A stretch of 64,000 nucleotides of DNA, from positions 1,558 through 65,557 of the forward strand of contig JBMOPW010000027.1 of NCBI GenBank assembly GCA_049322915.1. The letters run 5' to 3'. Source of the stretch: Candidatus Zhuqueibacterota bacterium. Lineage in GTDB: Bacteria > Zhuqueibacterota > Zhuqueibacteria > Thermofontimicrobiales > Thermofontimicrobiaceae. The notes below the pieces were generated by a model. The model made no database searches and was not told the origin of the DNA. It was given only the letters and a program-made list of their open reading frames with translations. Shown here piece after piece: positions 20,255 through 29,948 of the stretch (position 1 is its first letter; the number at the start of each line of letters is the position of its first letter). The position numbers and the translations under genes are program-made.

Positions 20255-20805
20255 CCGTTCTCACCTGATATGTCATTAAAAATGGTTCGTAACTCCGCTA
20301 ACGCGCGGTGCACGCGGGCCTTGATTGTGCCCACCTGACAATGCATCAGCGCAGCGATATCTTCGTATTTCATGTCATGGAATCGGCTCAATATCAACAC
20401 CTCGCGTTTTTCATGGGGCAATTTGTCCAGCGCCTGCATGAGCAGCAAATGATTTTGATGTTGTTCCAGTAGCTCTTCCGGCTGCGCATCTTCCGATGCG
20501 GTATCCAGCGCGTCATCATCGACGCATGTCTCTTTGCTCTGCTTCCTCAAAAAATCAATCTGAGCATTGCGGGCGATATGAAACATCCAGTTGGTGAATT
20601 TGCCATCCCCGCGAAAAGTGTACCTGTATTTCAGCATGCGCAAAAATACTTCCTGCACGAGATCTTCGCTGGTTGCTTTGCTGCTGGACATCCGAACGAA
20701 AAACGTGTACAGGACAAGATGGTATTTGTCGAACAGCAATCCCAGTTTGTCGATGTCGCCGTTGCGGACTTGCAGCATTATGTCGTTATCGGATTGTGAA
20801 TTCAC
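20251..20805 (-). CDS. ECF-family RNA polymerase sigma-70 factor
   Basis: Region 2 (DLVQEVFLRM..YRY) and region 4 HTH. GTG start with AAGGA RBS. Confidence 0.8.
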   Translation of the reverse strand: MNSQSDNDIMLQVRNGDIDKLGLLFDKYHLVLYTFFVRMSSSKATSEDLVQEVFLRMLKYRYTFRGDGKFTNWMFHIARNAQIDFLRKQSKETCVDDDALDTASEDAQPEELLEQHQNHLLLMQALDKLPHEKREVLILSRFHDMKYEDIAALMHCQVGTIKARVHRALAELRTIFNDISGENG

Positions 20806-20939
20806 ACTCGCTCATCCTTGCATGGATTGGAAATCGATACGTATCGCGCTGGAAATCGTCAACGCGGCCGATGAGTCAGACGTCCGCTTTCCAATTTCCA
20901 GTTCATTCATGTAAACTGGAAAATGCCAAAAAGGTTACA

Positions 20940-21563
20940 TCATTGGGAAAAATTTTTTGAGAGGATCGAAATGAGCGTTTGCAGTTCCCGCTCCGAGTAC
21001 AGATAAAATTGACCGCAGGTCTTGCTGCCTTTGAAATGCACTGGCAGATCCACAAGGGAGATATGCGTCACCGGATTGTGTCGCGACACCTTTTTCCCGC
21101 GGCCTTTTTTTGACCGGAGCGTATTGATGAAGCAGTTGATCCCAAATCGCCTGCCGCGGTAGGTGACCACAAAATCGATGCCGTACTCGACGTCAATTTT
21201 GGGGTGATAGCTCACTGCGTCGAAACAATTCGACTCCTGCAAAATATAATAGAAGTGAATATCGCGGACAAATGACGGGAACGCTCTCAGGCAACGGGCT
21301 TTCAATAGCTGAATATTCTTATGGATGTATTCGGAAAAATTATTTTTATTCCGGGTGTAATAATAGCCCCAGTACTCCAGTTGCTCCGGAATGCGATTGG
21401 TCTCCGCCACAAAATTGTAAAATGCCTCAATGAACGAGGGCGGCTTTGTCCTCCATTCCATGGTCTCATCTTTTTGAGAGGGGAATTCAAGCTTCATCGA
21501 ACATATCTGGGATTCGATGGATTGGGAGGAAAGACGGATATTTTCCATGAAATTTGGGAGCAT
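20940..21563 (-). CDS. Hypothetical protein (orphan, no recognisable domain)
   Basis: 207-aa ORF with coding-like composition but lower GC than its neighbours. No family recognised by eye. Confidence 0.4.
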   Translation of the reverse strand: MLPNFMENIRLSSQSIESQICSMKLEFPSQKDETMEWRTKPPSFIEAFYNFVAETNRIPEQLEYWGYYYTRNKNNFSEYIHKNIQLLKARCLRAFPSFVRDIHFYYILQESNCFDAVSYHPKIDVEYGIDFVVTYRGRRFGINCFINTLRSKKGRGKKVSRHNPVTHISLVDLPVHFKGSKTCGQFYLYSERELQTLISILSKNFSQ

Positions 21564-21760
21564 CGTCTTTGGGGACAGAGGTGAGAAGATGTAAATCCCT
21601 TTGATTACTGGAGAACATTATATAAATTTCTCGTATCAATGTCAAGATGAATTTTTGTGCAACCGGTCTGATGATTCACGGATGCAGCAGCCGGGTGTCG
21701 GGTTCAGTTCCATGCCAGCTCATCGGTCTAGGCGGGTATACCATTCAGTGAAAAAAACGC

Positions 21761-21791
21761 TTGACTCTCCCCCATGGGCAGGCCTTATATT
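21761..21791 (+). promoter_or_regulatory. MerR-type promoter with 19-bp spacer
   Basis: TTGACT -35, 19-bp spacer ctcccccatgggcaggcct containing the palindrome CCCATGGG, TATATT -10. About 55 nt upstream of the MerR-family gene. Confidence 0.45.
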
Positions 21792-21845
21792 AATAGCGCA
21801 GGATTGGCCAATCTCTGTTTACAATTAACCTGAAAGGAAATTGAT

Positions 21846-22652
21846 ATGTACAGTATCGGAGAGTTTTCAAAGATCACATCGCTGACTGTGAAATCGTTGC
21901 GCCTGTACCATGACAAGGGACTGCTGGTCCCGGCGCGGGTGGACGATTTTACTGGTTATCGCTATTACGACAATGCGAATTATGAAACGGCTCGTTCTAT
22001 AAAAATGTTGAAGGATTTCGACTTTTCACTGGCCGAAATCAAAGAAATTTTGGACGAGTACGAGGACGAAGGCGATATGGTCACGCAGCTCAAACTGAAA
22101 CTGCAGCAGGTCAGGGGAAAAATGAAACGATACGACGAGATTTCCCATTCATTGGAATTGCTCATTCAATCTGAAAAGGAGAGAACCATGGAAGATCATC
22201 AGCAATTTGACATCGAAGAAAAGGTCATCGAGACCATTCTCATCGCCGGATACCGCATGAGAGGCAAATATGAGGATATCGGCAAAGGTATGGGACTGCT
22301 GTTCAAAAAAGTGGGTCGACATGTCAATGGTAAGCCGTTGGCATTGTATTTCGACGGCGAGTACAAGGAAGATGACGCAGATTTTGAGGCGTGTGTGCCA
22401 GTTCGAAAAGGCCAGAGCGATGGCGAAATTACAGTCCGGGAATTGACAGGCGGAAAGTGCGTTACGCTCATTCACAAAGGGCCGTACGATGCGCTTCATA
22501 GTTCCTATAAAAAAATCTATGACTATCTGAGCGCCAAAGGCTATACTTCCAAACTACCCACGCGGGAGGTGTACGTGAAAGGACCTGGCATGATTTTCAA
22601 GGGGAATCCCAGGAACTATTTAACCGAGATCCAAATAATGATCGAGGACTGA
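21846..22652 (+). CDS. MerR-family transcriptional regulator with GyrI-like effector-binding domain
   Basis: N-terminal MerR HTH (YSIGEFSKITSLTVKSLRLY), coiled-coil linker, C-terminal GyrI-like domain. Confidence 0.8.
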   Translation: MYSIGEFSKITSLTVKSLRLYHDKGLLVPARVDDFTGYRYYDNANYETARSIKMLKDFDFSLAEIKEILDEYEDEGDMVTQLKLKLQQVRGKMKRYDEISHSLELLIQSEKERTMEDHQQFDIEEKVIETILIAGYRMRGKYEDIGKGMGLLFKKVGRHVNGKPLALYFDGEYKEDDADFEACVPVRKGQSDGEITVRELTGGKCVTLIHKGPYDALHSSYKKIYDYLSAKGYTSKLPTREVYVKGPGMIFKGNPRNYLTEIQIMIED

Positions 22653-22919
22653 CGCCGTTCCAGCGTCTGACTTTCAGCAGTTCTCGTTTGAAAGCCGTTT
22701 CAATATTTCGCTTGTGCGGAATGGGAAACGGCTTTTTCGTCTCGGGATGGCGCGCCGGCGGAGTGAAAATTTGATGCACCTGGCAAGTCATCCTGGCAGA
22801 GATGGCAGAAGGATGTGAAACGATGACAGCTTCTGAGAAAATCGCCGGTACGGAAATGAGCGATTGAATTCCACGATAACAGCCAGAATCACAAGGTGTT
22901 AGTTTTGGTCGATGAAAAG

Positions 22920-22935
22920 TGGCATGGTCATTGCA
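22920..22935 (+). promoter_or_regulatory. Sigma-54 (-24/-12) promoter upstream of hsp20
   Basis: TGGCATG-N4-TTGCA matches the TGGCACG-N4-TTGCW consensus with one mismatch. About 65 nt upstream of the hsp20 ATG. Confidence 0.5.
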
Positions 22936-23000
22936 AATGGAAGGAGCGGAGAAAAAAATAATTGAATCCTTAACATAAATTGATACAGGAGGAATGAACG

Positions 23001-23429
23001 ATGAAACTCATGAAATGGTACCCCAACAGAAATCTGGCCTCGTTGCCCGATGAAGTCAATGACTTTTTTGGTAATTTTGGTCCGGACTTTTGGAACACGG
23101 ACCGGGTGTGGAGTCCGTCTGTGGATATTACCGAGACAAAAGAAGGTTTCGAAGTGAGGGCTGAAATCCCCGGGCTGAACAAGGAAGATATCAAAATTTC
23201 GTTTGAAGAAAACATGCTGAAGCTGTCCGGCGAGCGCAAATTCGAGGATGAAAAGAGAGAGAAAGATTATCACCGAATCGAGAGACGATACGGGAAATTC
23301 GAACGCGCGTTTTACATGCCGAAGAATGTGAAGACCGGTGACATCAAAGCCAGCTATAAGGATGGCGTCCTGACGGTTCAGATTCCCAAAAGCGAAGAAG
23401 CCAAAGCCAGAGAGATTGAGATTAACTGA
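23001..23429 (+). CDS. Small heat-shock protein, Hsp20/alpha-crystallin family
   Basis: 142 aa with the alpha-crystallin domain and GVLTV motif. Confidence 0.85.
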   Translation: MKLMKWYPNRNLASLPDEVNDFFGNFGPDFWNTDRVWSPSVDITETKEGFEVRAEIPGLNKEDIKISFEENMLKLSGERKFEDEKREKDYHRIERRYGKFERAFYMPKNVKTGDIKASYKDGVLTVQIPKSEEAKAREIEIN

Positions 23430-23453
23430 TTGAGATAAACATATCCTGACACA

Positions 23454-23484
23454 TCCCCGGCCAATCGGTCGGGGATTTTTTTTT
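23454..23484 (+). terminator. Rho-independent terminator after hsp20
   Basis: TCCCCG/CGGGGA stem followed by T9. Confidence 0.6.
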
Positions 23485-24013
23485 AGCCCAATTTCTTTTG
23501 CACGACATCGAGGAAAGTGCGGTACGCGGCATCGTCGTACAGACAAAAAATCACCGTTTCCAGACCGGTGTCTTTGCGCAGGTAATTCGCACAGGTTTCA
23601 ATCATGATATTGGCGCAGCGATCCATGGGAAAACCAAAGATGCCCGTGCTGATTGCCGGGAAGGCGATGGATTTCAATCCGTGCTCATCCGCGACTTTCA
23701 GGCTGTTCAGCGTGGCGTTTCTCAATTTGACATCTTCATTGCCTTCGCCCATGCGCGGTCCCACAGCGTGAATGACATAGCGGGCTTTCAATTTACCGCC
23801 AGTCGTCAGCACGGCGCCACCCACAAAGGTGCCTCCGAATTCGTCGCATTCCTTCTGAATGGCGGGACCGCCTTTTCGTCGAATGGCGCCGGCAACGCCA
23901 CCCCCTAATTTCAATTCCGCATTGGCAGCGTTCACGATGGCATCGGCGTCCAGTTCGGTGATGTCGCCTTTGACCAATTGAAATTCGGTGTTATGAATAG
24001 TTATGTTCACCAT
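23483..24013 (-). CDS. Macro-domain protein (O-acetyl-ADP-ribose deacetylase-like)
   Basis: GDITELDADAIVNAAN and GGGVAGAI macro-domain motifs. Confidence 0.8.
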   Translation of the reverse strand: MVNITIHNTEFQLVKGDITELDADAIVNAANAELKLGGGVAGAIRRKGGPAIQKECDEFGGTFVGGAVLTTGGKLKARYVIHAVGPRMGEGNEDVKLRNATLNSLKVADEHGLKSIAFPAISTGIFGFPMDRCANIMIETCANYLRKDTGLETVIFCLYDDAAYRTFLDVVQKKLG

Positions 24014-24039
24014 GTTACCTCCTTGTTGCAGGGACGCGG

Positions 24040-24411
24040 CTAACGGGGAATCAGGATTGGCCTGCGGTTTTCATCCACTGCGACGTAGGTGATTTCGGCG
24101 CTGGTCACCTGAACCTCGCGGGAAGGATCATCGTAACGGTTGGCCTTTACATCCACCGCAATGGTGATGGACGTTGAGCCCAGGTGAATTGTCTTTGCGT
24201 AAAAGGAAACCTGATCCCCAACAAAAACCGGTTTATGGAATTCGACCTTGTTCATGGCGATGGTGACGAAATTTAGCGCTGCTGTTTTCCGCGCTTCCAA
24301 AACGCCGGCAATATCGAGATAAGAAAGGATGACGCCGCCAAATACAGTCCCGTAGCGATTGGTATCTTTCGGCATGGGCATCACTCGAAGTACAGGAATT
24401 TGCTCGCTCAT
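24040..24411 (-). CDS. Acyl-CoA thioesterase (hotdog fold, YciA-like)
   Basis: 123 aa. GTVFGG hotdog motif. Confidence 0.7.
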   Translation of the reverse strand: MSEQIPVLRVMPMPKDTNRYGTVFGGVILSYLDIAGVLEARKTAALNFVTIAMNKVEFHKPVFVGDQVSFYAKTIHLGSTSITIAVDVKANRYDDPSREVQVTSAEITYVAVDENRRPILIPR

Positions 24412-25427
24412 TGTTTTCTTTTTCCTTGAATAAATTGTTCAGCCAGGTCGACTTCAAGTTTATTTCCGATAATCAGCGGCGTGCGTTGATGAAGTCTTTC
24501 TGGTTTTATCGTGAGAATATTTTGATGACCATCGGTGGCGCGTCCTCCGGCCTGTTCGAAAATAAACGCCATGGGCGACGCCTCATACAGCAGCCGCAAT
24601 TTCCCCGTGGGTTTGGCTGAATTTTTATAATCCAGTGGATACATAAAAATTCCGCCGTACAATAGTGTCCGATGAAGATCCGCGACCATCGAACCGATGT
24701 ACCTCAATGAATACGGGTTGCCGCGATGATTGGTCTTGCTTTTTAAGTAGTTGACCAGGTTTTTCACGCCCTCATCCCAATAGACTGAATTGCCTTCATT
24801 CACACTGTAATAGCCGCCGTTCTCCGGAATTTGAATATTTTTATGCGAGAGCAGAAACTCCCCCACGCTGGGATCGAGTGTGAAACCGTGCACACCCTGG
24901 CCTGTGGAGTAAACCAGCATGGTGGATGACCCGTACACGACGTACGCAGCGCCGGCCTGCTTGTACCCTTCCTGAAGACAATCGTCTAAATTGCCCCGGC
25001 GGGCGTTTGTGATTTTCCGATGAATGGAAAAAATCGAGCCAATGCTCACGTTGGCATCGATATTGGAGGAGCCGTCCAGCGGATCGAACAGCAGGACGTA
25101 ACGGCCGCACTTGTACTCTTTGGGAATGAGAATGATATCTTCCACCTCTTCCGATGCCATGGCGCAGACGCGACCGGTGTGATCCATTGTTTTTCGAATC
25201 ACTTCATTGGCATATTCATCCAGCTTCTGAACCTGTTCGCCCTGAACATTCTTGTCTCCGGTGAGTCCGAGAATTTCCACCAGCCCGGCTTTATTAACTT
25301 CGCGCGAAATGATTTTTGCTGCAAAGGTGATGTCGTATAATAACTGCGTGAAATCCCCGGTGGCTTCAGGGTAGCCCTTCTGCTGCTGCTCCAGGATATG
25401 GCGTTCAATTGTGATGAGTTTATCCAT
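24408..25427 (-). CDS. fbp: Fructose-1,6-bisphosphatase class 1
   Basis: Characteristic FBPase-I motifs ([14 protein letters not shown]). Start set at MDKLITIE; the longer track ORF is an upstream extension. Confidence 0.85.
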   Translation of the reverse strand: MDKLITIERHILEQQQKGYPEATGDFTQLLYDITFAAKIISREVNKAGLVEILGLTGDKNVQGEQVQKLDEYANEVIRKTMDHTGRVCAMASEEVEDIILIPKEYKCGRYVLLFDPLDGSSNIDANVSIGSIFSIHRKITNARRGNLDDCLQEGYKQAGAAYVVYGSSTMLVYSTGQGVHGFTLDPSVGEFLLSHKNIQIPENGGYYSVNEGNSVYWDEGVKNLVNYLKSKTNHRGNPYSLRYIGSMVADLHRTLLYGGIFMYPLDYKNSAKPTGKLRLLYEASPMAFIFEQAGGRATDGHQNILTIKPERLHQRTPLIIGNKLEVDLAEQFIQGKRKQ

Positions 25428-25673
25428 GTGAGCCTCTTTTGTGGATAGATTTAAATGAAGATACGCGTTATTTATGTATGAAAACTGACGCTCATAATAT
25501 CCGCAAAAATTGGGCGATGAATTGGAGTGCACTTTCGGACTATAAACTCTTCGCCAGCGTTTCGTCCTTTCAGCGACTGGCTGCCTTGTGACACAGGTGT
25601 TGCCTGAGATAGTGAATCCGATCCGGAATGAGTATCATCCCCGGACAATAGCAGGGCTTCCAGGAGGTGATGT

Positions 25674-26792
25674 TCAACCAAGTAGCCGATAGTGTTTGAA
25701 GCTCCAGATAATCTCTTTGGTGACAACCTGCGCTACCGCAAAAATAGGAACTGCGATGAGCATGCCAATGATGCCACCAACCTGGCCGCCAACCAGGATG
25801 ACGAGAATGACGGTCATGGGATGGATGTGAACGCTTTTCGAAACAATGAGCGGAGAGACGAATACATTGTCCAGAAGCTGAATGATAGCAAAGGCGATGA
25901 TGACGCCCAGGACGGAGCCGAACGAGCCTGTTTCGATGATGACGACCAGTATCGCCGGCAACGCGCCCACGATGGGGCCGAAGTATGGAATCAGATTCGC
26001 CAGCCCGGCAACGATGCCGATGACGAAGAAATACGGCACGTGCAACGAGTACAGCGCGATGATGGCCAGGGTGCCGATAATGCCGGAGACGAGCAACTGG
26101 CCACGGATATAATTTCCTAACTGTTTGTTGGTCTTGTAGAGCAGGTTCAGTGACATTTCAAAATATCGATTCGGGACTTTTTGAATGAGATTCTTTTTCA
26201 TCTCCTGCCCATCTTTGAGCATGAAAAATGTGATGAATGGCAGGGTGATGATCATGGTGAAGGACGATACAATGGAGAACACCAGGTTCATGCTTTTCTG
26301 CATCAAGGCGGTGAACAGATCGTGCAGCTTGGTGCTCACGAGACGGGAAAACTCAGGATTTTTCAGAACCGGTAACTGCTGGGTGAGCAGGGTCTGCAAT
26401 TTGATAATCAGGGTATCGGAATTTTGCGTCTGCACCGTGGCCGAAATCGATGATAATTCCTGTGATAAACTGGGGATGAAAAAAATGAGCGACACGACGA
26501 TGATTGCGGCGAGAATCAGGTATAAAATCGAAATGGCGCTGCTGCGGCTCAGCCCGAGATTCTCAATCCGATCGACGAGCGGCGATAGTAGGAACGCAAA
26601 AATAAAGGATATGCCCAACGCCGGAAAAATCGATTTGATGAACGGGAGAAGTCGAACGCACAGAACGACGCCGGCAATAAGTAACAGAAATCGGATGACT
26701 TTTTTCCCGGTGGTTTTATTGACCACGAAAATCATCTGCTCGTCGAGGGGTTGAATTTCGTCGACCTTTTGTTTGACAGGAGGATTGGTCAT
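25674..26792 (-). CDS. AI-2E family transporter (PerM/UPF0118)
   Basis: 372-aa polytopic membrane protein with AI-2E family topology. Confidence 0.75.
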   Translation of the reverse strand: MTNPPVKQKVDEIQPLDEQMIFVVNKTTGKKVIRFLLLIAGVVLCVRLLPFIKSIFPALGISFIFAFLLSPLVDRIENLGLSRSSAISILYLILAAIIVVSLIFFIPSLSQELSSISATVQTQNSDTLIIKLQTLLTQQLPVLKNPEFSRLVSTKLHDLFTALMQKSMNLVFSIVSSFTMIITLPFITFFMLKDGQEMKKNLIQKVPNRYFEMSLNLLYKTNKQLGNYIRGQLLVSGIIGTLAIIALYSLHVPYFFVIGIVAGLANLIPYFGPIVGALPAILVVIIETGSFGSVLGVIIAFAIIQLLDNVFVSPLIVSKSVHIHPMTVILVILVGGQVGGIIGMLIAVPIFAVAQVVTKEIIWSFKHYRLLG

Positions 26793-27316
26793 CGAATTAT
26801 CTCTTCGGTTTCATGATTTTGTTTGGCATGCTGCAATTCCATGTTGGTAAGCCGCAGTCGCTCGGCAATCATCTGAGCTAATTTGAGGAGAATTTCATTT
26901 CCCAATCGTGGCTTTCGCTCCAGCAGACTGAACAGGTCGGGACGAAACAATCCCAGAAGGTGAGTATTCTCCAGGGCGACTGCTGATGCAGACCGGGGGG
27001 AATCGTCCAGCAATGCCATTTCACCGATGAAATCACCAGCCTTTAAAACGGCCAATTCTTCTTTGGCTGCGCCCTCGAGATCTTTGTAAATACCAATTGT
27101 CCCTGATTCGATGATGTACATGCCCACTCCGGGCTCACCTTCATAAAAAATGATTTCATCTTTTTTGTAATTGCGAGGATGAATGATCTTCATGAATTCT
27201 TTCAGGTCGTTCTTTTTCATTTCTTGAAAAATGGGGACTTGCCGCAGTACAGTGAATAAGTTGATCTGCTTGCTGCCATTTTTTTGGAAGATGTTGTCCC
27301 AGATAGTGTTCGCCAT
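26789..27316 (-). CDS. Cyclic-nucleotide-binding domain protein (no DNA-binding domain)
   Basis: cNMP-binding beta-barrel (FYEGEPGVGMYIIESG, GEMALL). 4-nt overlap with the AI-2E transporter gene. Confidence 0.7.
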   Translation of the reverse strand: MANTIWDNIFQKNGSKQINLFTVLRQVPIFQEMKKNDLKEFMKIIHPRNYKKDEIIFYEGEPGVGMYIIESGTIGIYKDLEGAAKEELAVLKAGDFIGEMALLDDSPRSASAVALENTHLLGLFRPDLFSLLERKPRLGNEILLKLAQMIAERLRLTNMELQHAKQNHETEEIIR

Positions 27317-27583
27317 TTATTTCCTTATCGTCTTTTTAAATGGATATGTGACATATATGTTAAATCGGTCTATAATATAACACTCTCATTTTTATTAGTC
27401 AAGGCAATTTTCAACTAACCATGAATGAATAATTCGGCTGAAACGCTGTTTCGAACGGAGAACACGCCGTTCCAACCCCATGAAAAACCCGGGCCATTAT
27501 TCCAGCGGCCGGGAGATTTCACATTATCCATAAATGTAATTTTTCTATTGATTTTATCGGTTAAATCAGTTATTTTATATGCC

Positions 27584-28753
27584 ATGAATTTCAAGACGTC
27601 GCTAAAACTGATCACCGTGAGCTGCCTTGTCCTGACCGGGCTGGTGACAGGACAGGTTGGGGAGAAGGCGGAGAATCGTAATCAACTCGAACGGCTGCGC
27701 CATGATATCAATGAGTATCGAAAAAAGGTGCAGGAAGAGAAGAAGAAAGAGACTCATTTGCTGGACTCAATTTCACGATTGGATCAGGAAATCGATTTGA
27801 CCCACAAACTGATCTCCGAGTTGAAGAATGAGGATGGCCAAAAATCGAAGCTCATTTTGAAAATAGGCCGGACATTACGGACCACGGAGGAAGAGTTGAC
27901 TCGCCTGCAGCAGATTTATTCAAATCGGTTGGTCAATTTTTATAAATACGGCCGAATGAAAGACGTGGAACTGCTACTGACAGCCAGATCATTCAACCAG
28001 ACTCTGACCTGGTTGAAATTTCAAAAGCTGGTCGCGCAGAATGACCAGCGCAATTACAACAATATCCTGTCCAAGAAGCAGAAAATTGAAACTGAAAAAA
28101 ACAGGCTCAAAACCGAATTGATCGAACAGCGGAAGATCCTCACGGAGAAAGAGGATGAAGAAAAGATTTTGAAGAACAGGAGCCATGAGAGGAATCGACT
28201 TCTTTCGCAGGTACAGCAGAATAAACAGGTCTATATCAAAAAGTTGAAGGAATATGAAAACGCCGCCCAGGAAATTCAGCGATTGATCAATCAGCAGGAG
28301 GATAAACGGTTGTCCCTTGAACGGGAAGGCATCATTCAGGTGACAGATTTCCCCAGGCTGAAAGGTCGCATGATCTGGCCGACCAATGGCACCATTATCA
28401 ATCATTTCGGATTGTACAAACACCCCAAGTGGCGCGATGTGGTGACGGAAAATATCGGCATCGATATTCAGGCGGATCAGGGACAGGAGGTTCGGTCTGT
28501 TGCCAAGGGTGTTGTCACCGGGATCACCTGGATGCGCGGCCGCGGCAATATTGTGCTCATCAACCACATGGGCGGATATTTCACCGTGTACACACATCTG
28601 TCTGAAATCCTGGTTCGCATCGATGAATCGGTGAATGAGGGACAGGTCATTGGCAGCGTTGGCGACACCGGTTCGCTTCGCGGCCCCATGCTGCATTTCG
28701 AAATCTGGAAGAATAAAGAATTGCTCAATCCGGAAGATTGGCTCGGCCGTTAG
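27584..28753 (+). CDS. M23 family metallopeptidase with long coiled-coil (EnvC-like murein hydrolase activator)
   Basis: Signal peptide, ~250 aa of coiled coil, C-terminal M23 domain (HMGGYFTVY, MLHFEI). Start set at MNFKTSL. Confidence 0.7.
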   Translation: MNFKTSLKLITVSCLVLTGLVTGQVGEKAENRNQLERLRHDINEYRKKVQEEKKKETHLLDSISRLDQEIDLTHKLISELKNEDGQKSKLILKIGRTLRTTEEELTRLQQIYSNRLVNFYKYGRMKDVELLLTARSFNQTLTWLKFQKLVAQNDQRNYNNILSKKQKIETEKNRLKTELIEQRKILTEKEDEEKILKNRSHERNRLLSQVQQNKQVYIKKLKEYENAAQEIQRLINQQEDKRLSLEREGIIQVTDFPRLKGRMIWPTNGTIINHFGLYKHPKWRDVVTENIGIDIQADQGQEVRSVAKGVVTGITWMRGRGNIVLINHMGGYFTVYTHLSEILVRIDESVNEGQVIGSVGDTGSLRGPMLHFEIWKNKELLNPEDWLGR

Positions 28754-28850
28754 CTCTGGCGAATCGACCGGCGTCAGTCAGTCCCGTGAATCAGGAATTG
28801 GATAGTCCAGCGTCAAGCAATTTATCGTTCGAATATAGGTTGGATCGCGC

Positions 28851-29948
28851 ATGAGTTTTGAAAATATCATCGGTCAAAAGCGAGTCATCGCCATTCTTGA
28901 GAAGGCGATCCGCAGCAAGCGGCTCCCTCATGCATTGTTATTTCACGGGCCGGAGGGAGTTGGAAAAGAAGCTATTGCGCTTGAGTTGGCCAAAGCATTG
29001 TTCTGCCAACAGGATGTGCTGTATTGCGATGCATGCAGAGACTGCATGCGGGTGAAACAATGGAGCCATCCGGATCTGGTAATTCTGTATCCGGCGCCCA
29101 AGCAGCCAACGCCGGACGAGGTGCAGACGATTCGGAAAAGCCTGATTGATAATCCCTACGTGCGGGCGCACCTGTGGGCTAATCCGTCGATCCTGATCGA
29201 TACCATTCGCGGGTTGAAGAAAATGTCAGCCATGACCTCGTACGAAAATAAAGGTCGCGTGGTCATCGTGATGGATGCGCACAAGATGACGACCGAAGCG
29301 GCGAACTCCCTGCTCAAAATACTGGAAGAGCCGCCCGGGAACATGACGATCATTCTCGTTTCATCGCAGCCCAATCTGCTGCTGCCGACCATAGTCTCGC
29401 GCTGCCAGAAAGTTCGCTTTGATCCAATTCCGTGCGAGGACATCGAAGCAGCGCTCATCTCGCGGGAGTCCATTCCGGCCGAACGCGCAGCGATTGTGGC
29501 CCGAATGAGTTTTGGCAGCTATCGCCGCAGTCTGGAGCTATTGGATGAAGACCTGAATGAAAAGCAGGAACTCGTGGTTGATGTGCTGCGAAAATTACTG
29601 GTTTCGGATCTGGAAGTGGTGATGACCGTGGAGGACCTTGTCCAAAAAGAGGACAAAAAGACGATCAAGGAATTGATGGGATTCATGATGATCTGGTTCC
29701 GGGACGCCATGGCGTTTGACGTACTCACCCCGGAAGATCATGCGAATGGCGGAATTTTGAATTACGATCGATTGGACGTCCTGAGAAAATTTGTGGGGAA
29801 TTTGGAACCAATCAATTTTCAACAGGTTATTTCAAGCATAGAAAAAGCCATTGAGCTAATCGACAGAAATGTATATCTGAATGTGGTGCTCCTCCAGTTG
29901 TTTTTTAAATTGAAGGAGAATCTGAGGAGAAAAATTGATGTACGATAA
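28851..29948 (+). CDS. holB: DNA polymerase III delta-prime subunit
   Basis: AAA+ clamp-loader fold (HALLFHGPEGVGK). Conserved order with PSP1 and metG. Confidence 0.8.
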   Translation: MSFENIIGQKRVIAILEKAIRSKRLPHALLFHGPEGVGKEAIALELAKALFCQQDVLYCDACRDCMRVKQWSHPDLVILYPAPKQPTPDEVQTIRKSLIDNPYVRAHLWANPSILIDTIRGLKKMSAMTSYENKGRVVIVMDAHKMTTEAANSLLKILEEPPGNMTIILVSSQPNLLLPTIVSRCQKVRFDPIPCEDIEAALISRESIPAERAAIVARMSFGSYRRSLELLDEDLNEKQELVVDVLRKLLVSDLEVVMTVEDLVQKEDKKTIKELMGFMMIWFRDAMAFDVLTPEDHANGGILNYDRLDVLRKFVGNLEPINFQQVISSIEKAIELIDRNVYLNVVLLQLFFKLKENLRRKIDVR

